DNA of 63,843 nt, filler included, from Vermamoeba vermiformis (GCA_045837725.1; 8 parts of 8 records of this genome joined end to end with filler, not necessarily neighbours in it); one strand, 5' to 3'. Positions 38,301-51,257 are shown, counted from the whole stretch's first letter. A program made the numbers and translations. The notes: generated by a model not told the origin, from the sequence alone.

Positions 38301-41036
38301 AACACTACGTGTCACAGAGCTTGACTGTTACTTACTTATGATGAATGACATAATTGAACATATTGAAAAAACAACAGATGCAAATCTGCACATCAAAGCA
38401 GTCGATTTGCGCGCTTATCTTGGTGTTAGAATTGCACAACAATTATCGCCAGGTCATTCTGTTGATGACTCTTGGGCCTCCTTTTTGCATTCACGCGCCA
38501 TGTGGGGCAACAGGTGGATTGCTAAAACAATGCTAAAAGATGAATTCAAGTTTATACACCGGAACAAAAAGTAAGTTCGTTGTTCACTCACTGTAATGGT
38601 TCTTACCTTTGGTCTTAGGTATGATGTGTACTTTGTTTGGGCAGCTCTGAATCAAACCTACTCAGAAATATGGGTGCCATTCAGCCACCTTGCTTTAGAT
38701 GATAAAGCAAATGCTTGGAAAGGAAGGTCAATTTACAAGATTTACAGATTACGCAAGCCATTCCCTTGGGCAATGTTAGAATATGTCATTATTGATGAAA
38801 GTGGATGGATGTCTGGCTTCATTCCTCGATATGGACTGTTTGCTACCATAACAGACAAGTTCAAGAAATGGCGAGAGTTATATCACGCCTTCAAAACAGG
38901 TCAACTTTCGCAAAGACCTCTACCATTTAAAACAATGTTTCCACGAGCATCAAAGACAAATTTCGATTTGGAAAAAGCCGTCAGTTTTTTATTGTCAAGA
39001 CTCCCTGACAAACAAAGGCACGTTTATGACTTTATTAGAGAACCCACAAATTATGAAGAATGGAACAATCTGACAACTCGAAACTTATCACACTATCATG
39101 TATTTTGTGACAGAGAGTTTTCCTCACTATGGCAGCACCTGCAAAAGCACAATATTGGATACACTGTTGGCATTATTGGAACATCACACCCTAACCTGTT
39201 TCAAAACAACCTTGCTCATTGTTTACAGCCAGGACAATGGCGCAGCTTAACAAACGACTCAGATATCATCATGTCATTCTATGACCCTCAAGGCAAGACC
39301 TGTCACTGGGCTAGTAATCGAGGAACAGCAGCCTCAATTTCTGAAAAAGTAATTGATGGAAACAAAAAGAAAAAGCTTGCATACTCTGCTCCCCACTTGG
39401 TGCAACAATATCGGACATACTTCAGTTCTGTGGATAAGCATAACTCCAAAGCCAAGAAGTTTAAGTGGCCCTACCGGATTCGAAAAGTAACAGAGCGCTT
39501 AGTATTTGCAGATTGGGAGCGCTCTGCTCAAGTTCAGGCAGAAACACTCTTCAAAAGACTCACCAACAGTGATATTCCTGCCAAGAAATTTCTTGCCAAT
39601 TTAGCGCGCTCCCTGGTAGAGGAATTCCAATCAAAAAGGAAACGAAACTACACAATAGAAGCGTTAGATCTTGTGCGCGCCAGTGGAAAGCATAATCCAT
39701 ACACCCACACCTGTGCGTACGAATTTGGCAACTCCAAGCGTTGTTTCTTTTGTCAAACTCAAAAGATATCTTCTTCTACACTGTAAGTATGTGTAGGTGT
39801 ACTTTTGTCAAACTAATTAATTGCCTTAGCTACAAGTGCATTCAGTGCAAAGTTGCCTTACACAAGAAGTGCTGGAAGAAATTCAAAGGTGTAAATCTTT
39901 AAGTTTTGTACAAGGAGTTATCAGTTAACTATTGTGTGAATAGCATGTAACACGTTGTGGTGTAGCATGAGCACGAAAGTGCCTGAGGCGGCTTTGACGC
40001 AAAAAACCTCGTGTGTAGGCACTGAGAGTTTGGGGATAGTCAGCTTGCTTCAGATTTATTCACATAATCACCTGCTAGGCTAACTGTTAGTAGCATGTAA
40101 CACGTTGTGGTGTAGCATGAGCACGAAAGTGCCTGAGGCAGCTTTGACGCAAAAAACCTCGTGTGTAGGCACTGAGAGTTTGGGGATAGTCAGTTTGCTT
40201 CAGATTTACTCAACAGACGATAGCCTGGGCTACTATTGAGCTTATTTATGAGAAATGGGAGCAGCCATGTCCAAATTCTGGTACGTCTACCGTGTAGACT
40301 TCCAGTTGGTTAAGGAATATATTCAATAATACTTAACTATGCAATATTTTTTGCTCGGAAACTGGATCTAACAGATTTTTTTACTAATCGTGTTAGGTTG
40401 TGGCTTCGATTACATTTGGTATAGGTGCCGCATTTGCGATATTAATGGCGATTAATATTTCTCGGAATATTGCGCCACGCTATCAAAGAACTGCTTGGGC
40501 GAGTTACGTAGCGATCTGCTACATCTTTTTGACTGATTATTTCCACGGCAAAACGCACGGAATTTTGCGCCCCGACGACTATATCGTACGTATATAATAT
40601 GATTTGGTATGAATGCGTGCTAATGATGATTTTTTAGGGCTTAATCATTGTCGAAATTTTCTTCCACATCGGAGTTACTGCAGCAGCATTCATTTTGATC
40701 TATTATCAGCGAAAAGTAATTAAAGCTGCTTGGGTGAAGCGTCAGAGTACGTACTTTCGTTTCTTACTAAATTTTTGTCCACGGTGGATCCGCACGTTGC
40801 AACTTCTGGATCTACCTATCTAATGATTTAAAGTCATATTTAATAGCATATACTAACAATAGCCGACATCTTCTTAATATTTTAGCATTTGCGAGTGTTT
40901 CAATTGCACATGTACTAATGGATTTGTTTCACGAACCATAGAGCGCGATGTCGTTGGCACATCCGTCACACTTTCCACTTCTGCGGGTGGAAATCAATCT
41001 TCGAGCACTAGGCGTGATGAAGAAGCCGAAAAATAA
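35378..41036 (+). CDS. Polytopic His-rich membrane protein, paralogue A (first exon not located; intron 36355-40396 holds a transposon gene)
   Basis: Exon-by-exon similarity to 41333-44619: EAAVTGVGLAFL, WFPHAQLH, EMTFHW, DYFHGKTH, FFHIG. Confidence 0.8.
36965..39902 (+). CDS. USP deubiquitinase - piggyBac-type transposase fusion protein (copy 2)
   Basis: USP motifs: VVNLGATCYISSSLQ, HRDLQEFL, LVLHLKRF, IIVHQGTAKQGHY..WLELND, AYILVY. Introns 37326-37377, 37440-37488, ~37759-37801, 38097-38143, 38571-38618 and 39783-39829 keep one frame. Transposase motifs: DLRAYLG, LALDDKANAWKGR, VFCDREFSS, YRTYFSSVDKHN, and CFFC..CIQCKVALHKKC; TAA at 39900-39902. Confidence 0.9.
39941..40212 (+). repeat. 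Two ~122-bp direct repeats (period 150) downstream of the transposase
   Basis: 39941-40062 and 40091-40212 are nearly identical (about three mismatches seen). Confidence 0.95.
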
Positions 41037-41332
41037 TAGGGTTCTTTTGTATTGTACAAATTTGTTGCAATCTGATGCGGCAAAATAAAATTTTGTAATT
41101 TAGACCAGATCTTGCTTTTTTAACAATTCGGATTAGTTGATGATTAGCTGCACTATTGCTAATTATGAAATTAACATGCAATTGCTATATCACGCAATGT
41201 ATCAGAAGAGATGCTGATAGAGATTCACATATTGGATTGTGATTCGTCTCATTCTCCCATCGATTACTGAATCGCGTGACATTCATTTTCGAAACTGGTA
41301 GTATAACGAACACAATAGACAATAATACAGCC

Positions 41333-44300
41333 ATGTCGGAGCCTCTCGCGAGATCCCAAAACAACTTGGATGTAGGCACGCCTGGGAAAGCGAAGAAAAA
41401 GTGCAAGATAACGAAATGGCTGATAATTAAGATCTGCATTGTAGTCGTGATATCCTTTTCTCTGTTCTTCATAGCACAATATGCTATCCCAAGTTCTCCT
41501 CCGCCTCCAGGAGGACGAGATCCGACACAAGGTATGTCATACGACCGTTAATGAATAATTCTGCCTCTGGATCGCTCATTTAATTAATTAAATATGATAG
41601 TAATTGTATTAGTGTCCTATAATTTGCGTAGCGAAAGTTTCTAATTTTATGTCAGATCTTCGTTTACCTGAAATTTAAGAAACAAATATCTTTTACGTAA
41701 TATTAACCATTATTTAATATAGGAGAGATAGTGGGGTTAGCTATAATTAATTTATCAGAAGCAGCGGTTACGGCTGTGGGATTGGCCTTCTTGGTCTCTT
41801 ATGCTCGGTATTTACCTGGGACTCCTTCTATAATCAAGCCCAAAATATACTGCATTTATATAGCAGTATGTTGGTTCTTGATTGAGTGGTTTCCTCATGC
41901 TCAATTACGTAAATTAATGTCAAACTGTCGACATCCAAAAATCGATCTGAAATTTTTCTGTTGTAATCAATTCAATTCGCCTTATTAATTCCGTGAATAA
42001 TTATAATATTGATAGATAAGATGTATGGACCAGACGTGAATGCGAACATCGCGCTTGAAATGACTTTTCATTGGATCAATTTGGTTGCGTTAAGCTTGCT
42101 CGCGTACCATCAATTCAATATAATGTTATTATGCATGTTGTAAGTTAATATAAGCTCAAGTCGGGTTGCGAATGCGTTTTATAATCCTTCGTAGAAATTT
42201 CGATCTTCGTACCAATTATTTTTCCGGGGATAGCCTTATTTATTCTTATTGCGCACATTGCAGTTTTTAAACCTTTATAATCAAATCAATTGATATTAGG
42301 TTGACCAAAGTGAAGGAGAACTTAGCGCGGTTGGAACAAGGCGAAAAAACGATCGACGAAGAAAGAGAAGCGCTGCACCGAAAAAATCCAATCAAACGAT
42401 TCTTTTTGAATACTAAAGTGCACGTAGTATTAATTACTATTGCATTTTTCTTCGCCTTGTTCTTTGGGGTGAGAAAGTAGGTGCCCTGTTTTGACACGCA
42501 GTGAAAATAAGTCCGCGTTGAAACCACGTTCCGCAACGCAACGTTGCCAACACAGTTGATGGTTCCACGACACAACGCAACTGTAAAGACACGAAATGCT
42601 TTGATCTATTAATGCCACCCTTTAGGGCATGGTATGCAACTTAAAGCAAGCAGACAAAGCTCGTCCTACTGCGGATCTCGGTGCCCGCTGCCACTTTCGT
42701 TCACAATATTAGAAGCGCCATTGTTTAAATACTGTAACATTGCTAATTTGAACGGATTTTCGGTTTTTTAGAGTTTTGCACTGAAGACACGAAGTTGATC
42801 TGAAAAATTAGGAGCGGATTTGATTTGTCTTTTAGCGACTTTCCGCAGCTTAAAATATGCTGACGAGCTAGAAAGATACATTTGTGAGTATATCCTATCA
42901 AACGACCGGACAATCAGTCATAACAGTGCCCTGATCGAATTTGGATGGAGTAGCTCAAATGAGCGAATCTACGGTTGGGAACTCCAATTACCATATTTGT
43001 ATTATTCCAATGCATTTTAAAGTAACTACGTACTCCTTTCTGTGCCTTAAACCTCAAAACTCCCCTTGTTGTAATCTTGTGCCGAGGTGCGCGCCTAATT
43101 CGAAAAATTTATTTTAAATTTTCAAAACGCGTGTGACGACACAAAGCAGCAAAAATGGCCGGCAAACAATAAGTTATTTAAGGTTAGTATCTACTCCACT
43201 ACATTTGGCGAGTAACTACCAGACGTGCTGCAGCACAGCCAAGTTATCTGCCGAGATTTGACTTCAACAATTTATTCTGAAGCCAAATACCATAAAAGCA
43301 AAAGGTAAATATTTATATATAATATATTAGGGAAGAAATCCCCAAAATTAATTTTCTCGCACGAGTTGAAAAAGTTTGATCATCCCATAAATTCGCATAA
43401 TGTGACCTTTTACTAAACCAATGCTCTTATTATTTATTAATAAATTGTTCAGGGAACTGCCAGCGCCCAACTTACGGATGAGAAACTCGGATGAAGCCCA
43501 ACAAGTTTTTTCAGCGCATCTTGCTCTGGCAGGGTTGTTGTTGTTGTTGAAAAATATCAAAACCCCAAAGCCCTTCCAGATCACCAGAAAGAAGCTCCGA
43601 AGTTCAACGTGGCACAACTTAGCACTTTTGGACCGACCGAAATAAATGCTAAGTTCTAACCGAGCTTGTTTGAGACTTCGTATTTTTTTAGTCGTAACCA
43701 GCGACGAATGGTACTACTGCATTCCGCAACGCCCAAGGTTGCGCAACATTTTTTTTTTCAACGTTGTAAATTTTTTGGCACGCAACGTTGCGTTGCAGAA
43801 CGCGGTTTCAACGTTTACTTATTTTTACCTGTGGAAAGATATAACTTGCACCGTACTCGTTGATTCAACTAAAGCCATTCGCTATTATTATTAACTATAA
43901 TACGATAATAGGGCAATTCCAACTGCTGCTTCAGAAGTAACAGAAGTTCAAGCCGGACTTTTGACAGCGATCGAGGTACTGACTTTGAGACCCATTTCTG
44001 AATTCTGTATTTAACCAATATGTATGTAGGTGGTTGGAGCACTTACCTTTGGAATAGGTGCATCATTTGCTATTTTAATGGCGATCAATATCTCTCGCAA
44101 TATTGCGCCGCGGTATCAAAAAGTAGCGTGGGCGAGTTACGGTGCAATTTGCTACATTTGGCTCACGGACTACTTTCACGGAAAAACACACAATAGTATG
44201 GCTGGTGATGATTATACCGTACGTTTAATTTGAATTTATTCATTCTATGGCTTGGATCCGGCTAACTGTCTAACTAATACCAATTTCAGGGCCGTATTAT

Positions 44301-44619
44301 TGTTGATATTTTCTTCCATATCGGAGTTACTGCCGCAGGTTTCGTCTTGATTCATTATCAGCGAAAGGTTATCAAAGCTAATTACGAAAGACGTCATAAT
44401 AGTAAGTGACATATTGACCCTTTACATTCTTTCACTTTGCTCAGCGTCGTTCACTGAAATTTCATGTTTCTTCGTCAAGATTATTCCCTCAGTGAGGAGA
44501 ATTGATCTTTCCTTTTTATAGAACGAGTGGCGACATCAGTGACGCTGTCAACTCAAGGAGCTAATCCATCTGGCAGCGCGGCAACGAAGCCCGATGATTC
44601 GCAGCCTGAGAAACTATAA
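41333..44619 (+). CDS. Polytopic His-rich membrane protein, paralogue B
   Basis: MSEPLARSQ.. first exon with a TM helix; WFPHAQLH, EMTFHW, DYFHGKTH, FFHIG; stop at 44617-44619. Confidence 0.82.
42504..43825. mobile_element. Non-autonomous TIR element (~1.3 kb) in an intron of paralogue B
   Basis: 44-bp imperfect inverted repeats at 42504-42547 and 43782-43825. Intron is 1435 nt against 98 nt in paralogue A. No TSD seen. Confidence 0.7.
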
Positions 44620-44761
44620 GCGCGGACAATTGTTTTATTATACGAGGCATAATAGTCTCAAAATTGTATTTTTAGTTTAGTTTATTTACCAGAGATCTGA
44701 AAAAATTCTTTGACCCGCTTTGCCGCCCAATCTTGTTGTGCTGCTTAAAATGGAACGGATA

Positions 44762-44861
44762 NNNNNNNNNNNNNNNNNNNNNNNNNNNNNNNNNNNNNNN
44801 NNNNNTTAATTAATTAANNNNNNNNNNNNNNNNNNNNNNNNNNNNNNNNNNNNNNNNNNNN
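44762..44861. other. Artificial contig linker
   Basis: N44-TTAATTAATTAA-N44. Confidence 0.98.
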
Positions 44862-45206
44862 TTCCGTTAACAGAGGAAATCAATCGTGGATCCGTCTGCT
44901 GATAACGAGAATTTCCACACTTCTTTAAATCTTAAAATTAGCTGAATCCTATATAATTAAGTAGTAATTAATTAGTAGGCTATTTAAACATTGAATATGG
45001 AATATTATTAATAATTTTTTGCGGATTTTGCTCTGTACGTACAGACTCATCTTTGATCCCGTAATTTATTTCGGTATTATAATGATTATTATGAGTCTAC
45101 AACGGGACAAGAAGTCACATATGTGTGCTAATGCTGCTTTGCAAAAAATCTACTGTTCAAAGTCCGTTCTGAAGCAACACCACACGTACTTTTTTATAAA
45201 AATATA

Positions 45207-46424
45207 ATGGAACGTGATATAAAAAAGCCAGTGGATAATTTGGTAAATGAGCTACGCTTGTTGATTCTGTCGTACTGCGATTTTCAGAGCGCCATCCGCT
45301 TAATGCAAACAAGTAAGAGTGCTCTTAATCAATATGATAAAATTAATAAAATTTTATTAAATAGCCAAGGCGTGGTACGAATGCTCGAAGATAACTCACG
45401 TTTGGAAACAGATTTACTTAAGCACTTTTGCTGAATTCAATCCAAAACCGGTATGTGAAGCAAGTAAACATCATACTAAATTTCTAACGGTGCTGGAAGT
45501 ATTTTATATTAATATGCTGTTTAGGAGAGCAAAGACTGGAAAGAAGAGATCAAAATGAAAATTAATATGTACGGTCTTGATTTTGAAAAGTTCAGACGTA
45601 AGTAATAGAACTAAGCGAATAGTTATATATGAAAGGCCCGTATTAATCAATCAGCACAGATCTGCTTGGCAACGTTAAAATTTCGTTCAATATCGATCCG
45701 CCGATTGACTTGAAAGAAAAAGCCAATCATCTTCATAGAACGCTGAAATTAGAAGTCAACGGTAATTTATTACCTTGCATGGGTTATTTTGGGCCCACCG
45801 ACGTTTGCTTCGGGTACGTACTGAATTTAAAAAAAAACGACGGATCAGACCAACCTGTTCACAAAGTCGAATAGCAATATATTAATATGGTCTATTTAGT
45901 GATTGGATTAGAGAGGTCTTTGAGCCACTATTTGAAACCTTTGATTTGGTAAGTCTCTCAGATCGCTACAAGTTTTTTCCGTTAATAATGCCTCTATGCT
46001 TGGCAAATTTATTCTATTATTAGCACCAATAATAATACTAATAAATTAATATATAGGGCAATACTAGTCACTCTTGGGATTTTTGCGATCAAGGCATGCC
46101 CGCGTTTGATTTTGTCAAAGAAGGTCAGATCTGCAAGCTTTCGATCGTTGAAGGTACGACGAGTACATGATGATATTACAATAATATTATTATGCGATAG
46201 TAATGTAATTATTTTAAGGTATTTGTAGCAGCGGGGCAGATCAGGAGTGGCAAGATTGGCAAAACGTTGAATTTTTAATCGAAGATTTAAGAGCAGAGTA
46301 CATTAAATTCTTGGAAGAATTGTACGAAGAACTTATTTCCAAATATGGAGATGTTGGACAAGCGTTCTGGGACTCTTTGAAAATCAAGCAAGGCAAAAAG
46401 AACAAAAAGAAAAAAAGAACGTAA
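45207..46424 (+). CDS. F-box protein, tandem paralogue 1
   Basis: VDNLVNELRLLILSYCDFQSAIRLMQTSKAW F-box pattern; shared exons FNPKP, LPCMGYFG, WDFCDQGMP, NVEFLIEDLRAEY. Confidence 0.8.
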
Positions 46425-46756
46425 AAAGGCGAGACCGACCACCTAATGACTATCTATCTATCTATTATGACATATTATGACACTTTGACACTTTGACACT
46501 TCACTCATTAAAAATAACAAGCTTAATTAGTGCGTACATTAGGCAGTTGGTTGGATGTAAGTCCAACATCAAACAAAACGATCTTAAACGCGTGCCAAAG
46601 TGTCGATTGGAGAGATATATATGTACTTGAATAAATCCTATTAATAAAAAGTGTATAATGTTATTGAATTGAAGTATTGGTTCGAACAAGTAGATGCGAC
46701 GAAATTTCTTCGTGTGATTGTTTTTGTCCACGGTTGGAGTATATTAAATGACATTG

Positions 46757-47978
46757 ATGGAGCATAACAACACGAGTGAAGTATTTGATAGAGTGCCTAA
46801 TGATATTCGTGTGTTTATTTTGTCGTTGTGCGATCTGCACACCGCCATCCGGTTGAGTCAATTATGTAAGTTGAATTTATATATTTAGCGTTAAATTCAT
46901 TGTTAAAATATTCATAGCAAAAATATGGCACAGGTGCTTGAAGGATAATCGAATTTGGAAGCAGATGTACTTCAATAATTTTGCTGATTTCAATCCAAAG
47001 CCAGTAAGCAATGATTTTATAATAATTTCATATATATCATATTTAAACTGTAATTTTAGGACGCAAACGCAACAGATTGGAAAAAGGAAATAAAAAAGAA
47101 AATAAAAATCTACGGCTTTGATTTTGAGCGATACAGACGTAAGAAATCATTAACGGCTATAACAAATAACGATATTTAATTTCAATTTGCCGCAGATCTG
47201 CTCGGAAATGTTAAAATCAATTTCGAATTGGATCCGACCGTCGAGGACTTAGCCGAGTCTGGTCATATTCATAGAACATTAGGATTGCGAGTTAATGACA
47301 ATCTATTGCCTTATATGGGTTATTTTGGAGCGAACGACGTTTGCTACAGGTTCGTTTCTGTTTCGTCAATTTTCTAGACCTAGATCTTGCCTCTTGAGTA
47401 GTCAAATATGCCAAAAGTGATTGTATAGTAACATATTAACTTTTACTATTTAGTGACTGGATAGTAGACGTTTTTCAACCACTTTTTAGCCGTTTCGATG
47501 ATGTAAGGCAGATCGCGATACAATTCTTTGCAGTAAAAATCGAGAGCTATTAATAATATAATAATAATATATTATAGGGCATCAACGATCATTTTTGGGA
47601 CTTTTGCGATCAAGGCATGCCTGCCTTTCAGTTCATTAAAGAAGGTCCGATCTGCAAGCTTTTGATCGTTGAAGGTACTCCACGAATACGCATGTAATAA
47701 ACATGAGCAATGTTGGCTTATGCTTGTAACATTATATTATAAGAATAATTTATAATAACGATATTATTGCAGGAATTTGTGGCGGAGGACCACACGCTAA
47801 GTGGCAAAATATTGAATTTTTGATCGAAGATTTGAGAGCGGAATATCTCAAGTTCTTGAAAGAGTTTCATGAAGAGCTGATTGCCAAATATGGAAATGTC
47901 GGTCAAGAATTCTGGGCTGGATTGAAATTGGACAACGATGCGAATCAAGATGGCAAGGATAATGAGGGTGCAGAGTGA
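46757..47978 (+). CDS. F-box protein, tandem paralogue 2
   Basis: FDRVPNDIRVFILSLCDLHTAIRLSQL; same exon structure as paralogue 1. Confidence 0.8.
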
Positions 47979-48472
47979 CACTTTGACACTTTTGAATGAC
48001 ACGTGTCACTTGAAATATGTTTCACGTGTCAAACTCAGCGTTAATTTCATAACGGAGACGAGTTGTGTGATATGCCTCTGAAACGTTTATTTATTATTGT
48101 TCGATGACTTTTGTACTCGTAGAACGGTGGCGATATCATTGCCGCTACAATGGTATATAAATAGGTATTATATTTGTCGCGGTTTCATTAAAAAAGTTTT
48201 ACATTCGCTTCACTTTGGTTGGATCGCGATCAGATTTGTTTTTTAACTTTAACTTTTGTTGTTTCATTGAGGTGCTTCAGGTCGTTAGTCCATACAATAC
48301 GATGACGTATTGTTAGTGTAGATCTTGGAGATTTTCGCCGGCGAGATGAATTTTGCGCGTGGAGAAAGAAAAAGTTTGACTGATGAATGCGCGAGAACTT
48401 TTCTCAGTGGTAAAAAACAGATTTTGGTTAGATATTTAGCAATATGAGCCACTTGAGGTGAAGAGTAGCAGT

Positions 48473-50210
48473 ATGGGTAAGAATAGAGCTCTAGCGAATT
48501 TAATCGAAGACGTTCGGCTGCACATCTTGAGCTACTGCGGATTTCGAGATGCGTTGTCACTGATGCGTATAAGTAAGTAAAATACTCAATTTTACGACTT
48601 ATTATCATGTTTGGATGATTTATTTCTGGTATTATTTGGCAGGAACTCGATTTCGGGTCCGATCCAAAATTAGAGAGGCCTACTAGGTAATTTTTATTTA
48701 TTTACAAATTGATGCAGACGCTTAGTACAAGCTTAAATATTATAATATCACGTTTTAATATCGAGGGATTAATTTAAAAATATTCAGCAAAGCCTTGGTA
48801 TTCTACTTACCAAGTTGCTAGCGTTTGGAGGCCGATCTATTACAACACTTTCAACGATTTCAATCCAAAACCAGTATGTACAATATAAATAGTACATATA
48901 TTCAATAAGAGATTATTATTTCCTTAATTGATTTACTTCATTTTGTAGGGCAGAGGCACCTCGGATTGGTTGCAAGAAATAAAGAATAAAATTCGAGTTT
49001 ACGGCCATAATTTCGATAAATATAGACGTATGATATACTATTATTCAATATAGTTTAATTAACGAGTATTTTTCATCTGGAACAGATCTTATTGGCAACG
49101 CTAAAATTCGATGGAAAATGGATCCGCCCGTTGACTTTGGTGTAACCGGCAGTCATATTCATAAGACACTAGGAATACATATAGACAATCGATTGTTGCC
49201 TTATATGGGTTATAATGGCCCCAACAGCGTGTGCTACCGGTACGCATCATTTCAATTTGAAAACAAGCGGCTATTTTTCAGTTTATTTCGCGGAATTAAT
49301 AAGAGCTATAGTTATAAATTACTTAGCACTTTTGCATTTCGCTAATTAATTAATTTTAGTGACTGGATCGTGCAAGTTTTCACACCGTTGTTCAAAAAAT
49401 TTGATGCAGTACGTAATAATCCAATATTTTGGCATTTATTTTATTAATTTTATTTTCCTAGAATGAAAAGTACACGCATCGATGGGATTTTTGCGATCAA
49501 GCCATGCCTGAGTTTGTTTTCGTCAAAGAAGGTCCGATCTGCAAGTTATCAATATGCGATGGTACGGCAATACTATTACCATTACAGTTATAATAAATAT
49601 TGACGATATTCTTGCAGGAATTTGTGGTGGCAAAGCAGATCCGGCTTGGCAAAACATTGAATTTTTAATCGAAGATTTACGCGTCGAGTACACTAAATTC
49701 TTGGAAGAATTGTATGAAGAGCTTATTACCAAATATGGAAATGAGGGACAAGTGTTCTGGGACAAACTTGGAATTGCCATGTCAAACGACGGAAAATACA
49801 TCGGAGAAAAAGAACCAAAATTTGACACTCAAAATTGGGCAGCGCTCGGGATAGAATTCCGTGCTCCGATTAACAATAACAATACTATTATGACCTTAGA
49901 TAATGTGCCTACAGATCGTCACGTGATATTTGATTCGTCAGACAGCGAAAGTTCGGTGGATCTTAAAATTGACCAATCAGCGCTCAGCCAACATAAAATT
50001 GATAAAAATGATGCTACAGACGCTAATAATACTAAGAAAAGAAAATCTGACTCCGATTTGAACGAGGAAAAGCCAGCGAAGAAACATAAAAAAGAAAAGA
50101 AAAAGTCAAAAGACAAGCACAACAAGTCAAAAAATAAGAACAATGAAGAGTCTGATAATGTCGATAAAAAGAAGCATAAGAAACAAAAAGATAAGAAAAA
50201 ACAACAATAA
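48473..50210 (+). CDS. F-box protein, tandem paralogue 3, with Lys-rich tail
   Basis: LANLIEDVRLHILSYCGFRDALSLMRI; same conserved exons; basic C-terminal extension. Confidence 0.8.
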
Positions 50211-50289
50211 ATTTATTCTAATTCATCTTTATTTACAATACGTTCCGTATTAACGCAGTATTTACATAACAATCGTATGAATCAGGCAC

Positions 50290-51257
50290 CTATTTGCGAA
50301 ATATTTTGTGTTTCAACGCCTGCTTCGCTGAAATTCGTTCGCTCGGATCACCGCCAATGAGATCTTCAAGCAAGTCACAGGTAACAGGGCAATTAATCTT
50401 TTGATAGTACTGCGTTCTAATATGGCTTGGTATAATGTAGTCGGAATAGGCGTGCGACATATCCTCATTAAGCAACTGGATCGTTTGACTTAAAGTTAGT
50501 TTGACTTGCGTTTAAAACGAGCTGCATTAAAATACTAACCAATTCGAGGAATAATACGCCGGCACGACGGACATCTCCTTCACATATATCGTACTTGAAA
50601 TCAAGGAGGTAGTTCATGTTTGTGTGTTCCGCATTCGCAAAGTTGGTCAAATAAATGTGAGGCTTCTTCTTGTTGCTCCACTGCCACGTAATGCTGCTAG
50701 GCCCGACATTATCGTGGCATACATGGCGCTTATGACAGCACGCTAGGGCCTGAAGAGATAAATTTTATTACAAAAATAAATTTTAAATAAATTTTAATTA
50801 AGTTGCTTACTTTTAACAACTGCCGGGCCACGATGTATGCGTATGGATGTAATGTTGATCTACAGTAGTCGTTGTATTTTGGAGTGATGGTGATGTGGCA
50901 TTCCAGCGTTGGATTCACCCGGATGTACTTAAGTATGAGTACTGCTCGGGCAATATACGGGCATTTATCATCATCTACCAAATCGTGCGCTAGATACTCG
51001 CTGTTTAAATGGCGTTGTTGAATATACAGCTGAAAATACGCATTTTCTTTTGTTAACGGTTGGTATTGTCCAATTAACGATTCAAGGGAAGGATTTTTGG
51101 TCGCTTCAGTCAATAATACGTAGCTATGCAACGTAGAACCTATATCCGAGGTTCTAATAAAGGTTTAGTACAAATATTGCAAGATCGACCAAGTGTTACC
51201 GTCGTACCCGAATAAATCAGTCAAATAAGGATACTTAGTACAATTTATGATTGCCAT
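50290..51257 (-). CDS. Protein kinase-like protein, probable pseudokinase
   Basis: IVARQLLKALACCHKRHVCHDNVGPSSI (HDN for HRD), IYLTNFA (NFA for DFG), DVRRAGVLFLEL, DPSERISAKQALKHKIF. Confidence 0.72.

Larger units (their letters stand above)
36355..40396 (+). mobile_element. piggyBac-like insertion carrying the USP-transposase gene inside a host intron (exact ends not found)
   Basis: The intron is 4042 nt against 54 nt (43976-44029) at the same position in the paralogue. It contains the transposase gene and a subterminal direct repeat. Coordinates given are the intron bounds. Confidence 0.75.
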
